Below are positions 12,901-29,300 of a stretch of DNA of 64,000 nucleotides, in pieces. How positions within the stretch are numbered: the stretch's first letter is position 1; every line of letters starts with the position of its first letter. The stretch is from Auanema rhodensis. Its lineage: Eukaryota; Animalia; Nematoda. The stretch spans positions 12,648,001-12,712,000 of the forward strand of contig OZ059899.1 in NCBI GenBank assembly GCA_964057225.1, written 5' to 3'. The translations under genes and the position numbers were made by a program. Under the pieces are notes generated by a model. That model ran no database searches. It saw only the letters and a program-made list of their open reading frames with translations, and was not told where the DNA came from.

Positions 12901-15900
12901 TTTCATAGCTCTTACTTTTTATTAATATTTTATTTCATATTACTTAGAATATAACATTTATTTTGAATTTCTTTACTCACTCAAATACTTCGTTGTTTTC
13001 AGCCTTCTTCATATACAGGATCTTTATTTACTTACTAGTATTCCGTTGAAAAATCCAACATTCTCTGGAGTTAGCTTTGCTGTAGTGGCGTGATGAATGC
13101 CCAGCCTTATCAGATACTCAATGCTTGAGGACTAATCCAACCGTTGACAACTGTCCATCTGATTCTAATGCTTCTAGCTACGACAGCCAGTCATGCTAGA
13201 CATATAGATAGATGGTCTAAACAAGCAACTAACTGCTTCCAAACAAGCAGATAAGCGCCTGGGCCACAGCCCTGCAGGCTTGTTGTGACGGATCGACCAA
13301 ACGACTCATCCTTTTCTGACGGATAGCCTGTCACTATGATATGGACGTCGGCAGGATTTAAAGACCAATGTGGATAACGTCTCAAGGCTTTTCGCAGTGC
13401 GTATTCCAGTGTGTTGAAAATCATCAGAATCCTAATGACACTCAAGCTCATGTTTTTCAAAAATATTCATCAATCCTTTCTCACACATGAAAACAGTTGT
13501 TTTATTTATCGAATGTTAGCTCACTTTTGTATTCGATGGGCCAGACGTCCATATGAAAAAGAAGACACCAGCCGGATCTGTTCCGTGTTTTTTCTTCTGT
13601 TTGTGCCACTTTACCTCAGTAACACCCATACATGATATTCTACGAAGAAAAAATAATGAAAAAAGAGTTCGAAGAAAAGAGAAGCATTGTGGGAGTCGAA
13701 TGAGTCAGCATGAACGGTCATGCAACTTTTTTTCATGTTACAACGAACAACTGCTTTTTCATAATAAGAACTATCTACCTATAGTTCTATATTTTCCATT
13801 TTCACCACTTATCTGTCTCACTTTTTCATCAGCCTTTTCTGTTTAGTCTCTAACATCTATCACATCTTGATCAGGATTTCGAAATTTCAAACATTCTTTC
13901 GATGACTAGTAAGATGATGATAAAGAAGTATTGGACGAAGAAGATTTTAGAAAAGTTCTGCAGATCACTTAGACTAAATCTTGATTCGTCTTTAAAATAT
14001 TTGTTTTTTTATATTGTTCGTTTATCTATCTCAATTGAAATATTGCTTAATTTTCATTTTTCCTCTTTCTCTTCTCTTGATTTCTAAGACTTCTTATTTC
14101 TCCATCAAATTCATTTTGAATTGTGATGAAACAGATGTCCTTCTTCTATCGTCTTTCTCAGTTCCTCTTTCAATCTCACTATATTTCATCAGGCGGTGGT
14201 AGTAATGGTAGTGGCGTCAGGGCTAGTGGGTAAGCTAGCTTGCCCAGAGCGAGGAACATAGAGCAGAAGGTTACAGAAGAAAGAGATCAGGCTAGTTGTG
14301 GGGCTTGCAAAGACAGCTAAATAACGTATGAAATGTAGAGAGAGGCTGTGTGAGAGATGAGAGGAAGAAAGGGCACATCTGATTAATGAGACTCCGACTC
14401 TTTTGTTGTCGGCAATTCATCCAACAAGCCGTCTCTACCCTGCGGTCCTGGGCTTGTTCACATTACCGCTGCTGGCTCAGCATCAGGCTGAGACATTCTG
14501 CCGTTGTCAGGAAGATGTTGAAACTTTTTTCTTTTTGTATGATTGAAATATTGCCATCTTTGCATGGTAATATTAGTTCTGACTCATTCATGTTTTATTT
14601 CAGACGAATAAACAAAACGTTCTCTCTTGAACCTTTCTCTCTCTGATTGGTTATCCCATTCACCTGTTTTACAAGCTTCATTCGAACAGTTCTACATCGC
14701 TTTAATCTTGCCCAAACCAGATCAACTGGCTCGAACGCAAAATACATTTTTAATTTGAAATTCCTTCACATTTTCGCTTTAATAGCTTTTTGTCTTCGGT
14801 TCTATGTCATTTTCTACACTCTTTGATCCATTTTACATTCTCGGAATCTTTTGATACTTCCAATCACTGATCATTTCTTCTATTTGAATGGCTAAGCCCC
14901 AGCAGTACAGAATGGCTAGCCCGGCGTGAAGGACGTGATGCCCATAAAAGGGTTATAGAGTGAACGCTTTCGGACCTCGAGTCAAGGGATAGGTTAATAG
15001 TTTTGTTTTGTCGTCACCTCATCTTCCATTCTGTAACTCAAAATATACGGTTTTATGCTCTCTCACTCTCTTACTCTGACATGTTCCATCTCTGTCCCAC
15101 TCATTCATTCATTCAACTCACGCCGTATCTTCTCATGGTAAAGTTCATTGACATGGCCTGTCTAGGTGAGATACATCGCCAATATCCACCTAGTGATTTA
15201 AACAAGATTAACATTGTTCGATGCAATAGGAGGGAAATATACTACTTTCTTTCTCTATCTACTCATTGACCACCTACTATTTCAAATAAAGAATTGGTTG
15301 TATGATGAGAGAATCATGCTAAGTATTATTTGTGCAAGAGAGATAGAGAGATGAAAGACATACACGCTCATGAATCTTCTATTGGAACTACTACTCTCAA
15401 TTTGAATATACAGTAAACTCATGAAACTGGGTCCGCTCCATTGTGTAACAAGTGAATCAAATAGAAAGACACCGGCAATATAGCGACATAGTAATAGAGT
15501 TTAAAAAGGGAGGGTGGCGGCTGAAAAGGCTAGGCTGGCAGGTTAGAAGGACAAATCGTTCTCATTCTACTCTCATCATCATCAACATAATCATCATTGT
15601 AGTCATTTCGTAACTGTTATTCCATTAGACTTTTGTAATTTAGCAAATTACCATTCGTCGTTGTAGTTCACGGTTCAGATTCTAAACTAATCGAAACCGA
15701 ACATTGTAGATCAACGCAATAGACGTTCTTTTATGATCCATTGTGAACTTATGTTTTCTTTCTCTTCGATTTCAAGCCCATTTCAATTCACTTACGAATT
15801 TTCTTCGGCTCTTTCTTCGTCCATTATCCTACTAGCCATCTAAATATTTTTCTGATTTATTCGTCCAGCTGATGTGCTATTCACATCATATTTCAGGGGT

Positions 15901-18424
15901 TCGTTTCCGAATTCAGTTTTTGTTCTTGCCAGGTGTTTGTGTTTATTTTGAAGAAAAAAAAGCTTCTGCTTTCTCTCGGATTGACATCTTCGTAATGCAA
16001 ATGACGATATAACTGACTATCTAGTCAATCCAAGTAGATGACAACTAGTGGTGACTTCGTCATCTAAATAATCGTCTTTTACTTCATAACAGGACAGCTG
16101 CAGCTCATCTGAATGACCCGCTTACCCGTACTCCTTCCATTTATCTCTTTTCCTCTCTCTCATTTCCATCTCAGCTTTTCTTGTAGTCATTTGCTTATAT
16201 GTAGTCATCTTAATCAAATTCTGTCTACTAATATCACTCGAGAAGATGAGAACGGAGGATAACAGGTAGACGCACGTGCTCATTTGTCGTTGTACTTCTG
16301 GCGTTTACAGTCAGTTTTCCGGACGGTCAATCTAACAGATTACGTACTAATGACCCCCACAAAACTCTTCTCTCTCTTCTTTCTCCAGTTCTTCTTCTTT
16401 GCTCTATAACTCTACTTCTCTCCGATCTCTGACATGCACATTATCTGTGTCAGTCGAAAGCGTAGTGTGAGACGTAGGTAACCTGCTCAGCAGCTGACAC
16501 TCAAGCTGACTCGTGTCATCACCAAACTTCGAACTCCGCAACATCATCAATTTAGTGTTCGCATTGTGCATACAATTTTATTCTAATTCTAAGCTAAGTT
16601 TCATCAGAATTCAATCGCCCTTGTCCTTGTTAGCTTTTCATTTCTCTACAACATATCTTATTCTATTTTTTTTAGTCATTTATGTGCCTCACAGGTTGTT
16701 GCTGCTTCCTGACCAGTACAATTGTGGATTTCAAGTTTTTCAGCCGTCAAGCTAGACTGTTCGACCTTGGAATACAAACCTCGGGTGATTACCAGCTATT
16801 TGGACTATTCTTCTATTTGATATTCATAACTTTCTATATGGAAGTGCATCACCATAAAATGCTAAATTTTCTAAAGTATCCCGTCTACAAACTATAATTA
16901 TTTTAATTATGTTCTATGTTTGTCGTTTTCAGTTTAAATTTTCTTGATTTGAACATTTTTTGTCGATTTTCTCAACTTTTATCGTTTATTTAAGTGAATC
17001 TAACATCCCTCTTCTTTTTCATCTTAGTTTCACTAGATTTTATCGCTAGCAGTTTGGCCAATTCAAGAGCTGGCATATAACAGTTGGTTGAACTGTCTGC
17101 ATGGTTTTCATCTGGCATGTGTTGCTTGTCTCGAATATATCTGACAAAACGGTCTATGTCGGAGAGTAAGTGTTACTGCCTCCTGACCAATATAAATTAT
17201 ATCTTTTGGCGGAAAGAAATGTGCTGTTTCATACCTAATTTGCATACAAAAGACATGTTTCTCTCTCTCTTGTACTCTCTATTATTCTCTTTATATCTTA
17301 TATGCTCATCATTTCTTTGAGAAATGTTCAAAATAGAGGAACGGAGAGAGAGATTGTTAAAAGCGGAGAGATATATGGTAGAGAGCAATATCCTTCAAAG
17401 CTTCCAATTGAATTCTATCGTCTTGCATCGTTTACAACTGCTCATAACTGTTCCATAATCGTCTAGCTGGTGTCCTTCGTCCAACCATGACTAGTTGAGC
17501 CAAGTCGTAATAAACTATTATGTTATTCTTAGTTGTATATATATCTAACTGGAAAATACTTCAAATATAATTCAGTTAGAATACTTCCGGCATGTGACCT
17601 TTGAGGATCATTTTCCCCTATTTCCATGAGATGACTTCATCTCCGTATCGTTTATTACCGTTCACACCTCATATCACCAACATCAACGCCTTCCAACACA
17701 TCTATCTTTCAGTTCATTACTTCTCATCATCGTACTATCGTTACGCTAAGAGACTGACTGTCGATCAGCCAAATCTTCCTGGTGTTCCTGGCTATCGCTG
17801 GTATATCACTGTTATGATGATCGTCAGTCGCACATCTTCATATTCGCTTGTTCCAAATTTAGTCATCTCGTTGTCCAGTTATATCACCGAAATGAAGCAC
17901 ATCATTTTCAAATTTCAAAATGTCAATCAAATGGCGTCAAGTCTCATTAGTACTCTCTCATTGGAAGATATTTCGTCTTTAGTAATCATCAAAATCATTC
18001 CTCCATTCAATAAAATTTTGCATAACTGATCATCATAGCCGTTGTCGTCTCATTCCAATTCATTAATTTTCCAAAAAAAATTATTCTCATGCCGTCAAAA
18101 AGCCAAATGAAACGTTTTTTTTTATCTGCAAATATATCTTTCGTTTTCAATTTTTTTCCACTTTCATTCGTTGTTATTATCACATTTTTAATAATTTCTC
18201 GTAACTATCTGAGCAAATAAACGAATTTTGTGTCGCTTTTCCTTCAACAGCCTAAAACATTTGTTGTCAATCTCATTTCCTCTTTCTATTCTTTTGTTTT
18301 TATTGGATATTCCCATTTCCTGCTCATTTTTCTTGATCCAACTAAAATTATTTAAAAAATATTTCAAAATTCGCGTTTATATATTTTTGCTGAATAAAAA
18401 TATTTCAAATGCTTTCCAATAGCA

Positions 18425-18473
18425 TCACGTAATCGTCACGTGATAATTATACGTGAACATTTCACGTGAACTG
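18425..18473. promoter_or_regulatory. Cluster of four ACGT-core sites (E-box/bZIP-like), copy 1 of a recurrent palindromic motif
   Basis: TCACGTAA, TCACGTGA, TACGTGAA and TTCACGTGAACTG within 49 bp of AT-rich DNA. Confidence 0.45.
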
Positions 18474-20253
18474 TATATATCATTTAACATTGTGCAAATG
18501 TGATGAATGGTTATTCTTGATTTTTGTCAAACATTCAAAGCAATAAAATATTTCATTCCAGTGGTATGTCTTTATTTCATATCGGTTATTGTTTTAAGCT
18601 CTATTTGCTTTTCTGTTCTCTTTTTCTTACATAGTTATTCTTCTATTTCTTTTTCATTGCTTTTGATTTAAAATTGTACTGTTCTCTTTCTCTTTCAAAG
18701 AATTATTTTTTTACTTATTAAAAAAGCTGCAATGATTGACAATTGGCTGATTAGCTAAACTGACTAACACTAGGCGTTTTGCTGTATCATAGTTCAGCAT
18801 TACTGCCTTAAATCTTCTCCCCATCCTGTCAAATAGTTATCTTGCTAACTCTGATGTCTTCTGTATCTTCTCACTTTCCTATGGATATTCGTGTCGTGTC
18901 TACACAACAGATTGTCGTCAAGTTATGTGAGGCTGGTAGGGCGAGCTTTTTGAGTTATGAAGCGGCCGCCTCTTTCATCTCTCGACGAACAGGCGACTTA
19001 CCGGCAATAAGTCATCTGAATACCTGGCCTGAAAAGTGTTCTTTTTCTACTCATTCATCTTCTATTCCAAAGTGATTTTTCCTTTCTTCTTTTCCTTGTC
19101 CGTCTTAACTCATTTGAAATCTCCTCGTTTTTTCTGCACTCGCCTACCATTCATGCTAATTCGCTGCTTTAAAAGTTTTTTTAACGATGATTTGGCGTTT
19201 AAATTGGATACTGACTAGTTTTAAATATTTTAACTTATTATTTTGTTATTTCAATTTATCGTCTAACAACTTTACACATTTGTTAAATTTTCATTTATCG
19301 TTTCATTGGTATTACCTTTTTTCTTTATTTCGCTGCCACCGTCTAGTTTATTTATTTATTTTATCTTGTTCGTGTTTATGGAAAACAAATAGTAAACTTT
19401 ATATGAAGTTTGTATATTTCAGGCAAACTGTCCAGTAGATATAATCCGGATCTCTTAAGTTGTATTGCATGATGTATATCTTTGAAATGCTGCACATCGA
19501 TATTCTTTCCTGAACTGAAAAGTGAACATCTTCTGCAAAAGGCTCAAGTTTGTCATTTTTTAGTTTTTTTTTGCTTAATTTCTGCAATTTTCATTTTGCT
19601 CTCTTAACAGCAGCATTATGTCTCTTATAGAATTTTCGTATACATTTATGAATTTTTTCATGTTTTTGCTTACATCTATTAGGAACCATGCTGAAGCGGT
19701 CCCTAATTTACTTTTTGTTATCGAAAAACCCAAATTGCTTGCTTTATGAATCAAACACTTCGTTTGGTAGAATTTCGATGTTTTCCACTCTCTCTCAACT
19801 AATTTGATTTCGTTCTTCTCTTCGTGTGAACATCGAGCTTGTTCAACTTTACGGGATTAACCGTTCCGAATTATTTCGATAATGAGTGTTGTAACACATC
19901 GTTCATCGAGCAAGCAAAGCTAACGGCGGGAGACGAAACGCATTCATGATGTTCAGACATCCAACAGCGATTCTTCACCCATCTGTATCCAATATAGTCC
20001 GTATACCTGTCGTTGAATGTCTTAACATCTCTCAATATCTCATGATATTTGCATTTCGGAGCAATCAATTATGGGGTGATAGTTGGATGATAAAGGTGAT
20101 GAATTATCACGCTGTTAGAAGAAATTAAAAGAAGGTTCCGAACCTTGTATTCGGAGGATGTCGGAGAGGAGGAGAGAAGATAGGATACCTTGCTTGTAGA
20201 GAGAAGAAGATAGTTTCCCAAAGTTTATCAGAGTTCATTGAATCAGAGAGTTA

Positions 20254-20266
20254 GAGATAGAGAGAG

Positions 20267-20327
<61 letters not shown>
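20254..20327. repeat. (GATA)n/(GA)n compound microsatellite
   Basis: Direct reading. Confidence 0.95.
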
Positions 20328-20330
<3 letters not shown>

Positions 20331-23300
20331 GCGATTGATTCTTCAATGCCTAATGATGTGATGACAAGGATGGTAATAGCATCTTACCTTTATCGTTTTC
20401 ATTAGGTTCTTTCTGTAACTGTCTTGATTATTTTTCTTCTCTACTATCATTCTCTCTATCTGTATCCCATTCTCTATATGTTTATACCTCTTTCTCTTTT
20501 TTATTTTCGTTATTAATATCTATCTATCTCTATTATGATATCTTGTCTCAATACCAGTCGTCGTTTTCTCATCAGTCCAAGTAACTGTGTAGATATTTTA
20601 TTCCATCTTTATCGATTACCTGTTCTAATTGTTTTAGTGAACCTTTTTTAATACTTGGATTGAATTGTATTTCTCTATGAACTAGTCATTAAATGTAACA
20701 CCCATCATTCATACATCATATCTAAAAAAAGTTCTTATTCTCTTGCTACTTCTGTTAATGTTTAGTCAGCTTTTTTGATAGAACTGATGAAAATAGTCAA
20801 TATGACAGCTTTTAATGCTTTCGCCTTATTTTCTATATCTTTCTCATTAGCTCAAACATTACATTTCGTTCATTGCATCTTTGTTTGTTGAAAGAAAACT
20901 AATTATAAATATGACGGAAGAGGTGTCGAAGCTATTTTCCCGGGTATAGGCCGCCTTACGATTTGTCTAACTCGAGCCATTATCACAATTGACACCTTCC
21001 GCTCAACTTAGACCACACAACTACTTCCATTACGCCGGTGGCAAAAACGATATCCGTTTGACTATTTCTTAAATTCGAAATTAATTCACATATGCTCATT
21101 CGTCTTAGAGTCTCATACATTTTTAATCAATTGGCCTTCAGCTTGTAGCAACATGATGCTGTCAATGATGAGAAGGGCGCGTTCTTTCGGTCTTAACACG
21201 ACAGGTCCTTTTTCATCGGCATCCAAAATTTACTCAAGCATTATTCATGATTAATCTCATTTCTTTATTACTAGTGTTTCACCCTAAATACATTTCCTAT
21301 TAAGTTTTGGATGATTGTTTCGCTCTAATCACTCTTGCACCTTATGTCATCACTTTCGTTCTTGATGTGTTAATATTTTAAATCTTTTCGTCATTTTCAT
21401 CTTGATTTCATATGCTTCTTTATTCTTTTTTCTTCCTTCTTTCTCTTTAAAAGAAAATTCGAACTTTGTTATCAGTTAATAATACTAAATTCATGCGTGA
21501 TCTTTCTGATGCATTCTTAGATTGCACAACGATTATTTTTCATTTACTTCTCATGTTTTGCAACATCTGATAGATTTTCAATGTGGTTGCATCTAAAACG
21601 TTCCTACTACTTACTTCAGTGGCTCAAGAGAGTATTACCTCTCCATTCTTTGCTCTGCGCATACGATAATGTATCGAATTTCGTTAAACGTTGTTCTTCT
21701 AAATCACTTCAATGCTGCAAATCTGACAGAAAAAACACTCGTTCACACTCTTATCACCTATTATTCACTGCATCATTTTCAGTTAGATGCTTTTTTCATG
21801 AAATACGATTATCAGCTTATATCAATTTGACACTTTCTTTCCTGCGGGCCACGACCGGTTGTCAAAACAATTAATCAATTCGTTCATTATCAATCCATTT
21901 TTCAATGATATGTCCCTATTCGAAGTTATTCTATCCTTCTGTTCTTCACCATTTCCCTGAATTTCCTTTCAATTCGACGACTTTGTTTTAAATTTTTTTT
22001 AAAAATAATTTCCTATAATAACAATTATTATAAGATCTATTTGAATTCCTCAATCACTTATAGTAAAAGAATATAATGATGATATCACAAGTTTACATGC
22101 TGCCATTTTTGTTTGTTTGGAAGTTAAAAGCTTAAAATATTAGCTTCATTCAAGTGGACATGTTACACCGGTTGAAGATGTCAATACCATGTAGCAACCT
22201 TTTTTATCATTTGTTATCATATTTCTACAAGAATAGCTCTGAACAGAAGGGCACGCTTATGACAAGCCGGCTCCGTAACATCTTTCATTCTCTCTGTTTC
22301 TTCTATTGACTGATGATAATCAGATAACATCTAACTAATTGTATATCATTGGAATAGTTGTGCTCTCTATATATTCTTCTCTCCATCATCTACCGCACTG
22401 GTTGGCAAGTTGTATCAACGGTAATATTTGGATGAGAATATTAGTATGGCCATCACTTTACGACTTTCGTTTGTTAATATACTACTTCCACCTAATTTCG
22501 TGCTCTATATTTTTTTGCTTTTGACCTCAATTGTCCATTTGTTTCATTTTCTTTTCGATTTTAGCAGCTTATTTGTTGCTGCTCAGGCGAGAAGAACGCA
22601 TTTAAAGCTGCTTATGCATTTTTCGTCGGAAACGCTTTAAGCTTTTGGAGCAACCTCGTCAGGCTTTTTCAGCCTGGCGAGTAAGATGTCTAAATGACCA
22701 ATGCATACAGAAGACATCGTTTCATCACCTTTCCTCTCATTCTTCCAGCATTTTCTATACAAAAAGCCGGTTGAGCTTGATTGATTCCATGGTGCAAAGT
22801 ATGCATGTGGCTACTGAAAGAAAGGACTTGACTATCTCAACTAGTGAAGGTGATTGGTCGCAGATTCATGTGAATCATATACCATCCGAATTTAATCTAT
22901 TGAATTCATATCTCCATCATTGTATGTTACTTTAATCAATCTGAAAAAAATGTATATGTATTGCTGGCTAGACTCATGATATTCAATTCATGTATTCTGA
23001 AAACGATGTTTTCCATTCAGGAGTTTTAGTTACAGTCACAACGTGTGACTCACTCATAGGCCCCGTGTCCTACATCTTGATGCTCTTTCTCTGCCTTATT
23101 CTCTTCCATTCACTTGTTCACGATACCAATCTCACTGATTTCTTTCTGTATGAGCAGCTGTATGTTTTTACGTCATCATTTTTCTTTTTTTCCTTCTTAG
23201 TCCGTGCTGCAGTACATTAATGTCCTATTGCTGTCGATTGCTCTTGGCGTTGGCGACTGCTGCTGATGACTGTCTTCTACGTTATTCGTGTGTTTCCTAT

Positions 23301-26300
23301 CGCCATGTATGGAAAGGCGGCTAGAACGCAATGCGTACGAAACTGGATCAGCACCTGATTCCGGATGATGACAAGCAATGTGGTGTATTTTGGCCGGTAA
23401 ACACGTCACTTCCTTAGAATAGTGTGACATAAGAGTTTACATGCTCTATCATCCTGCTTATTCCCTCTTTCTACTATATTCACTATATTCCCTTTTTCTA
23501 CTAGATATTTTATATTTTATATAGTTAAACTTTACTATAACATCTAATAAGCTATTCGAAAATTTCTACTCTTGGCTGTTATCTAGTATATAAGAATTTC
23601 TGACTAATATCGGCAAATTATACTATACTCTCAGCTTGTTTGCACTTACTATAATACGATTAGCGAGAATGTTTTCTCGAATTTCTCCTTGACAGCTAGA
23701 TATCAAGCACAATATTATTATTTTCTTTGTATATCTTTTATATTTTTTTTTCTTTTCTAACCCATTAATATTAAACGGAATAAGCTTGAGGTATAGATGA
23801 GAAAACAAATATTAAAATATGATTGATGATTAATATGTTTACGACTTTTTTGGTTTTGTTTATTCTGTTTACAAATAACATCTTAACTCATCATTATATT
23901 ACTGAATATCATATATTTAATCTGAAAATAATTGTTAATTCTAACAGCAAATCTCAAATTTTTGAATTTTCATAATATATTTTGGATGGAAATTGATACA
24001 TTTCCTGCGTAAAGCAGCTACCTATCCATATATAATATTACTGCGTGCGACATAACAATTTCCTGATAAGCTTGGAAAAACTTAAAATATTTCAATATTT
24101 ATGTAATTAAAATCTTTTTGGTAGTTCCCTACAAACCAAATTATCCTTTACGTGCTGTATACAAAACTTTTCACTTTTGTGCTCAAACGTGCAGCAAGCT
24201 GTTGTTTCTTGATCATACATTTTCCTAAGTTTTCTCTCTTGTTTAATTATTCTATGTCTACAGCATATTCTCATATATATTGCCAGGTTCTTTAGCAAAT
24301 TGTATTCTGTTTTTGCAGCAATTGCCCTGACCGTTTATTCTATTTACTGCGCGTTTAGTAATTTCATAGCCAACTGTTCGCTAGGCGTTAGCTATAAAGA
24401 GTAGCATGTTTATTTCATAAAGAATAAACTGTGCTTTCTCTCTGCTTTCCCATAACCATTCACATATCTCTTCTCGATTTTGCTATTGTACCCTCTGCTC
24501 TTTGCCTTCTCTTCTTCCATCTAATAGCTTTCTCTTCGTTCTATTAGTCATATCCCTTGTGCCGTTCAAATGTTCATCCACAACTTAACTTTGATCTTTC
24601 TGTAAATGCAAATGCTTTTCTTCATCTACCATATAAGACCGTCTGTTGGCCTATACGCTGGGGCTAGCGGATAGATGACCAGATCGCTGCTCACTGTCTT
24701 CCTTTGAAAATTCAAATTATTTCCGGTGCTAGACAGTTCGGCTTCCGGCCTTGAATCATTTCAGTCGGTGCATTAAGAATTGGCTAAATGAGGTCAGGCA
24801 CACCTCAGTTTGCCTCGTCAAGGCAATCATCATGCTATTTGGATTTCCTATACGCATATTCATCCTTACTTAGCCTGTTCCTTCTCTTTTAAAACTTAGT
24901 TTGATTCATTAGAAAATCACTCATTCGAGTTCAATCATCGCCTAGTTGCATACAGTATTCTAAGACAGTTTCGTTCATTTTCACTTTTCTGACGTACGAA
25001 TTGAAGATGTGGTTATGCTAGGCTATCTGATGACGTCTTATTTTAATTTATGCAATTTTCGTCTTAACTGAAATAAACTTCATTTCATTATATTATGTTC
25101 ATAATTATCATTAATATGATATATTATCCAATCAATTATATATTTTCATTATATTTTATATCTCGTATCTCATATCTATATTAATATTTTATCTATTATG
25201 TTATATTTGTATGAGAGTATCTCCCTTTACTCTGAAATCCAGCTAGCTCGGCATTATATCAGCTGACGGGGTGTGATCGCTACAATCTTTCAATGGGTTA
25301 ATAGCTGCCTTGTTTTGAAAGACAAACAAAACAAAACACAAAAATTCATCTGTTACCATTCTCATCAACAAAATTGCGCAATTGCTTCGACCACAGGGAC
25401 TTCTTTTATTCGTCTCCAGACCACCCGAGGTGGGCCATAACCACTATACGTGCTGCATCATACTCTGTAACAACAGAAGAGGAAGCAGCAGTAGCAGCTA
25501 CAGCAGTAACACATCGAATGACCAAAGAAGGCCATCTAACATCTGTTAAGACTATTTGGAACCATTAAGCAGCCCTCTCGCCTTTTCTCTGTTCTTTCCT
25601 TTATTCTTTTAGTAATTTCAATACCGTTCATCAGTTGATTGCGATTGGAAGTACCGACCATCGAGTCAACCTCCAAATCACTGTACCAGCTGTACATGGC
25701 ACAAAGAAAACAAACGGAAAGAACTAAGATGATCAAGATCTGCTAATAAGATAAAGGAGTATTTAGAGAACAATGTGAAGAAGAGCAAAATGAAGTATAA
25801 TAACTCAATTAGCCCCAATTTCTATTGAAAGAGCACGCATTCCCCTGCTGCCCTTGTATGGTCGCTTTCGCTTTTTCTTTGACTTTATTCTTTGTTTCAT
25901 CTTAGAAAGAGCTTAAAGTCGTGAACGTAGGTTAAATACCTGTCCATAAGGCTAATTTGTGTTTTTCCTCTTATTTTTTCATCCTAATTACTATATGAAT
26001 GAAGTCGTGGATGAGATAGTTAGCTATTAACTGAATATTGATATTGTTTTCTTCCTCATCAAGCTTATGCTTATTGGCCTTTAAACTGCTATCAACAGCC
26101 TGCCATATATAGCTATTATAGGTAACAGCAAGACTATTCATTGGATAAAATAATTAGGGTTTAACTGCTATCTGAGTCTCATTCCTTCCTTTTCTCTCTC
26201 TCAATATCTCTCGTTCTCTCCATTATATGTCCTCTATTGCTGTAAATGCGAGCTATTCCGTTTACATATAGTATAAATAGAATATTATAATCATATAGTT

Positions 26301-29300
26301 TACTAATGAGATATATGCCTGATTATAACCTGTTGCCAGATGCCCGAGCGACAGCTTGTCAAGCCTGCAATTCGTGCATTCCTTTATTTCAGCCCAATTT
26401 AGCGTTCCTATCAGAGCTATGTACTTCAGTTTCCTATTCGTTGCCAGTTCAATCTTATGTTCTTTTTTTCTGTTCGTCGTTTTCTTCTATTCGTGTTCGT
26501 ATACTTTTCATTCCGTTTTTTCCTAAAACATTATTGAATTATATTTTTTTAGATTTTGATGTAATACATGATGACATTGATGGTCCTGAAAACTTGCTGA
26601 CCGGCTCTCATTTTTGACTTCTCTGCGTTGTTTATCCATAAACCCGAACGATGGGTGAGAAGAGGGATTATCTATTCTCTCGTTTGACCATTTTTCAACA
26701 AATTTTGACTTTTGAAATGATTTTCACTTATATATCTCTGATGTTGTGACTTCTCATACAAATCTGATTTTTTCTTTCAAATTCAGACACGAAACTGATG
26801 CCATCTGTGCTCGTCAGTCACTTGTCTTCCACAGACTGAATCATCGTTCAGTCTTGTCGAGAAATTCATTTCAATCTTAAATTCAAATTGACTCTTTCTC
26901 TCCATTTCCTATAAATTTTGAAAACAAGCTGTTAGTTGTCAGACAGAAGTTGTCGTGAGCTTATTCGAATTCATTGATCTGATGCTAATGTGCTAACTAT
27001 GTTCATATGATCAATCCTATTAGCTAATCATGATTCTGATCATTATTGAGTTGCTCAACAACAGTCGTATCACTTAGCTTGATTTGCACTGCTCTATCCA
27101 TCAAGTCATGCACGTGTTATAACTGCCAATAGCAATATTCCTTTAGTAGGCTCGATGGCTTTATACCTTATATAATCAAGTAGTTCACATATTTTCTTAC
27201 TTCTCTATTTTTTCTGTGATTCAATCTGTCAGTTATATTGATGATTGTTACATATTTGGTTTGTATATCTAAAATAGCTAAGTTTGAGCTAATGTTAGAA
27301 GACATTAAGAGGATTACTTGTTGTTGGCTTAAAAGCATTGTATTGTTTTTGTTTTGAAATTCCATTTTTTTCTGCTAATTGCTCTAATTTGACGATTTAT
27401 TTCGTTGATTTACAGTCCTACTTTTTGAGTTTTCTGTTTATGCTATGAGAACATTTTATCTTGGTTGACATGTTAGGTTTCTTGCTGAGCCTCTTCAACA
27501 TGTCATCATGGCTCGAAGCCTGTAATTCAATTGAATTAGTTCATATAACATGTACTTCAAATCATATATATGTCTTGAAGAACCCCACATGGCCTCAGCT
27601 TGCTCATACTCTCACTAACAGTTTTCTTCTCATCGTTTCATTGACATATATCTAGCATGATCCACCCATGAGTGCTATACATGCTCTACATCATGATCTG
27701 TATGATATGGTTCTTAAAGTGAACTACATCATCATTCTTCTGTGAGCTTGTCAGTCGTATGGCTGATCCACTTGATCAGCTTCGATACTCGCAAGCGCAT
27801 TCATCTGTAATACTGATCCTATTGCTGTTCGGTATTCACACGTTCCGGTTATCCAATAATCCCCTTTGCTTGTCGGCCTCATTTATCACGTAATATATCC
27901 TTCAAAAGTACTTAACGATGACATATTTTCTATGTTTCTTCGATTGTCTTCCGTTGTTTTTTAATTTTGAAGCCAAGCTCAGTTTATCCACAAATATTGT
28001 TCCTGTTTTTTCCTCTCATATTATCTTCATCGTCTTCCGTTATCTCATCATTTGAAAAGAGCTTGAATGTCTCTATGGCAATATTCTGACTGCTTCTTGA
28101 CTTATGCTTTACCGTATGTTCATGCGACATCTGTCTGTTCATTCCGGATGCCATGAACAGTCGACCGTGTGTGTGCATGTATGGTGGTGTCTACGACTCA
28201 CAGAGAGAGCGAGAGAGAGAGCTGCATTGACCGCTACAATGGATGGCAACAGAAGACAGTTACCAAACATGACGTCACCTTTCTTATATTACCAAATTTA
28301 GCGTGATGACCGATGATACTTCGGAAACCATCTGTGAAGATATTCTTGTCTCTTTCTTACTGGATCATTAGCTTTTTCAATCTCTATCAAGAATATTGAT
28401 ACTTTCTTGACATCGAAATGGTCTTGAGTTAACGAAAACCTTCAATAAACTCTATGTAAATCATTGAATTGTGATAAAGAGTTTGATGGGCCGAATGATG
28501 GATAAGTGCTACTGACTGGTAATTTCGTTAACATGGGACCGGTTTCGATCGCTCCATTGCATATTCCTCTACTTTGTGTCTGCCTCGTTCCCTCTTCATC
28601 CCATTTCTCTCTATTTCTCTTAAACTGTCTGCTTCTTTCCTTATAATGTTACTTTTCTGTTCGAAACGTCCACAAAACACAGATTTGGCTGACCTTGTCA
28701 TGCTTTTTTCTTCGCACCTCAGCATATCAACCGTCGACAAGTTATGTCAGATAGCCAAATTAACATTCATTTCTTCATTTTACTCAACATTCAACATTGC
28801 TTTCACAGACTTTTGTCTATGTCTACTCTGAATTATCTGAACCATATAAGATTGTATACACTTTGAAAACCTTTTGTCTTTGACATTTTTTGGTCAAAGT
28901 TTTAAGGCTTAATGGTGAGTATCCGGTCACGCAATATCCCCGGCTTCTCTTCTATGGTACCAAAGGCAAGAAATTGTGTGTTTCCTGTGTCACTGCAAGT
29001 CTGACAAGAACTATGATGACTTGTAGTCATTAATAGCATACGCTTTGATTTTTCTTCTCAGAAATATCAGCAGCTATGTATTTTCATTGAATATAGCTGC
29101 TCTTGGATCATGTTTTTTGTATATTTTTCTGTTATTAATTTTACTTATTATGAATCAAGCTGTTTAACCTATTCTAGCAACATTCTGAGAATTCACAGAA
29201 TAAAAAAGCCATGCCGTTTGTCGTTCAGAGGAAAAGGGCTGAGCAATGAGCCAGAAAGGCAGCTCTAAGAAAGTCATTTTCTGCTCAATTAGTCGTTGGG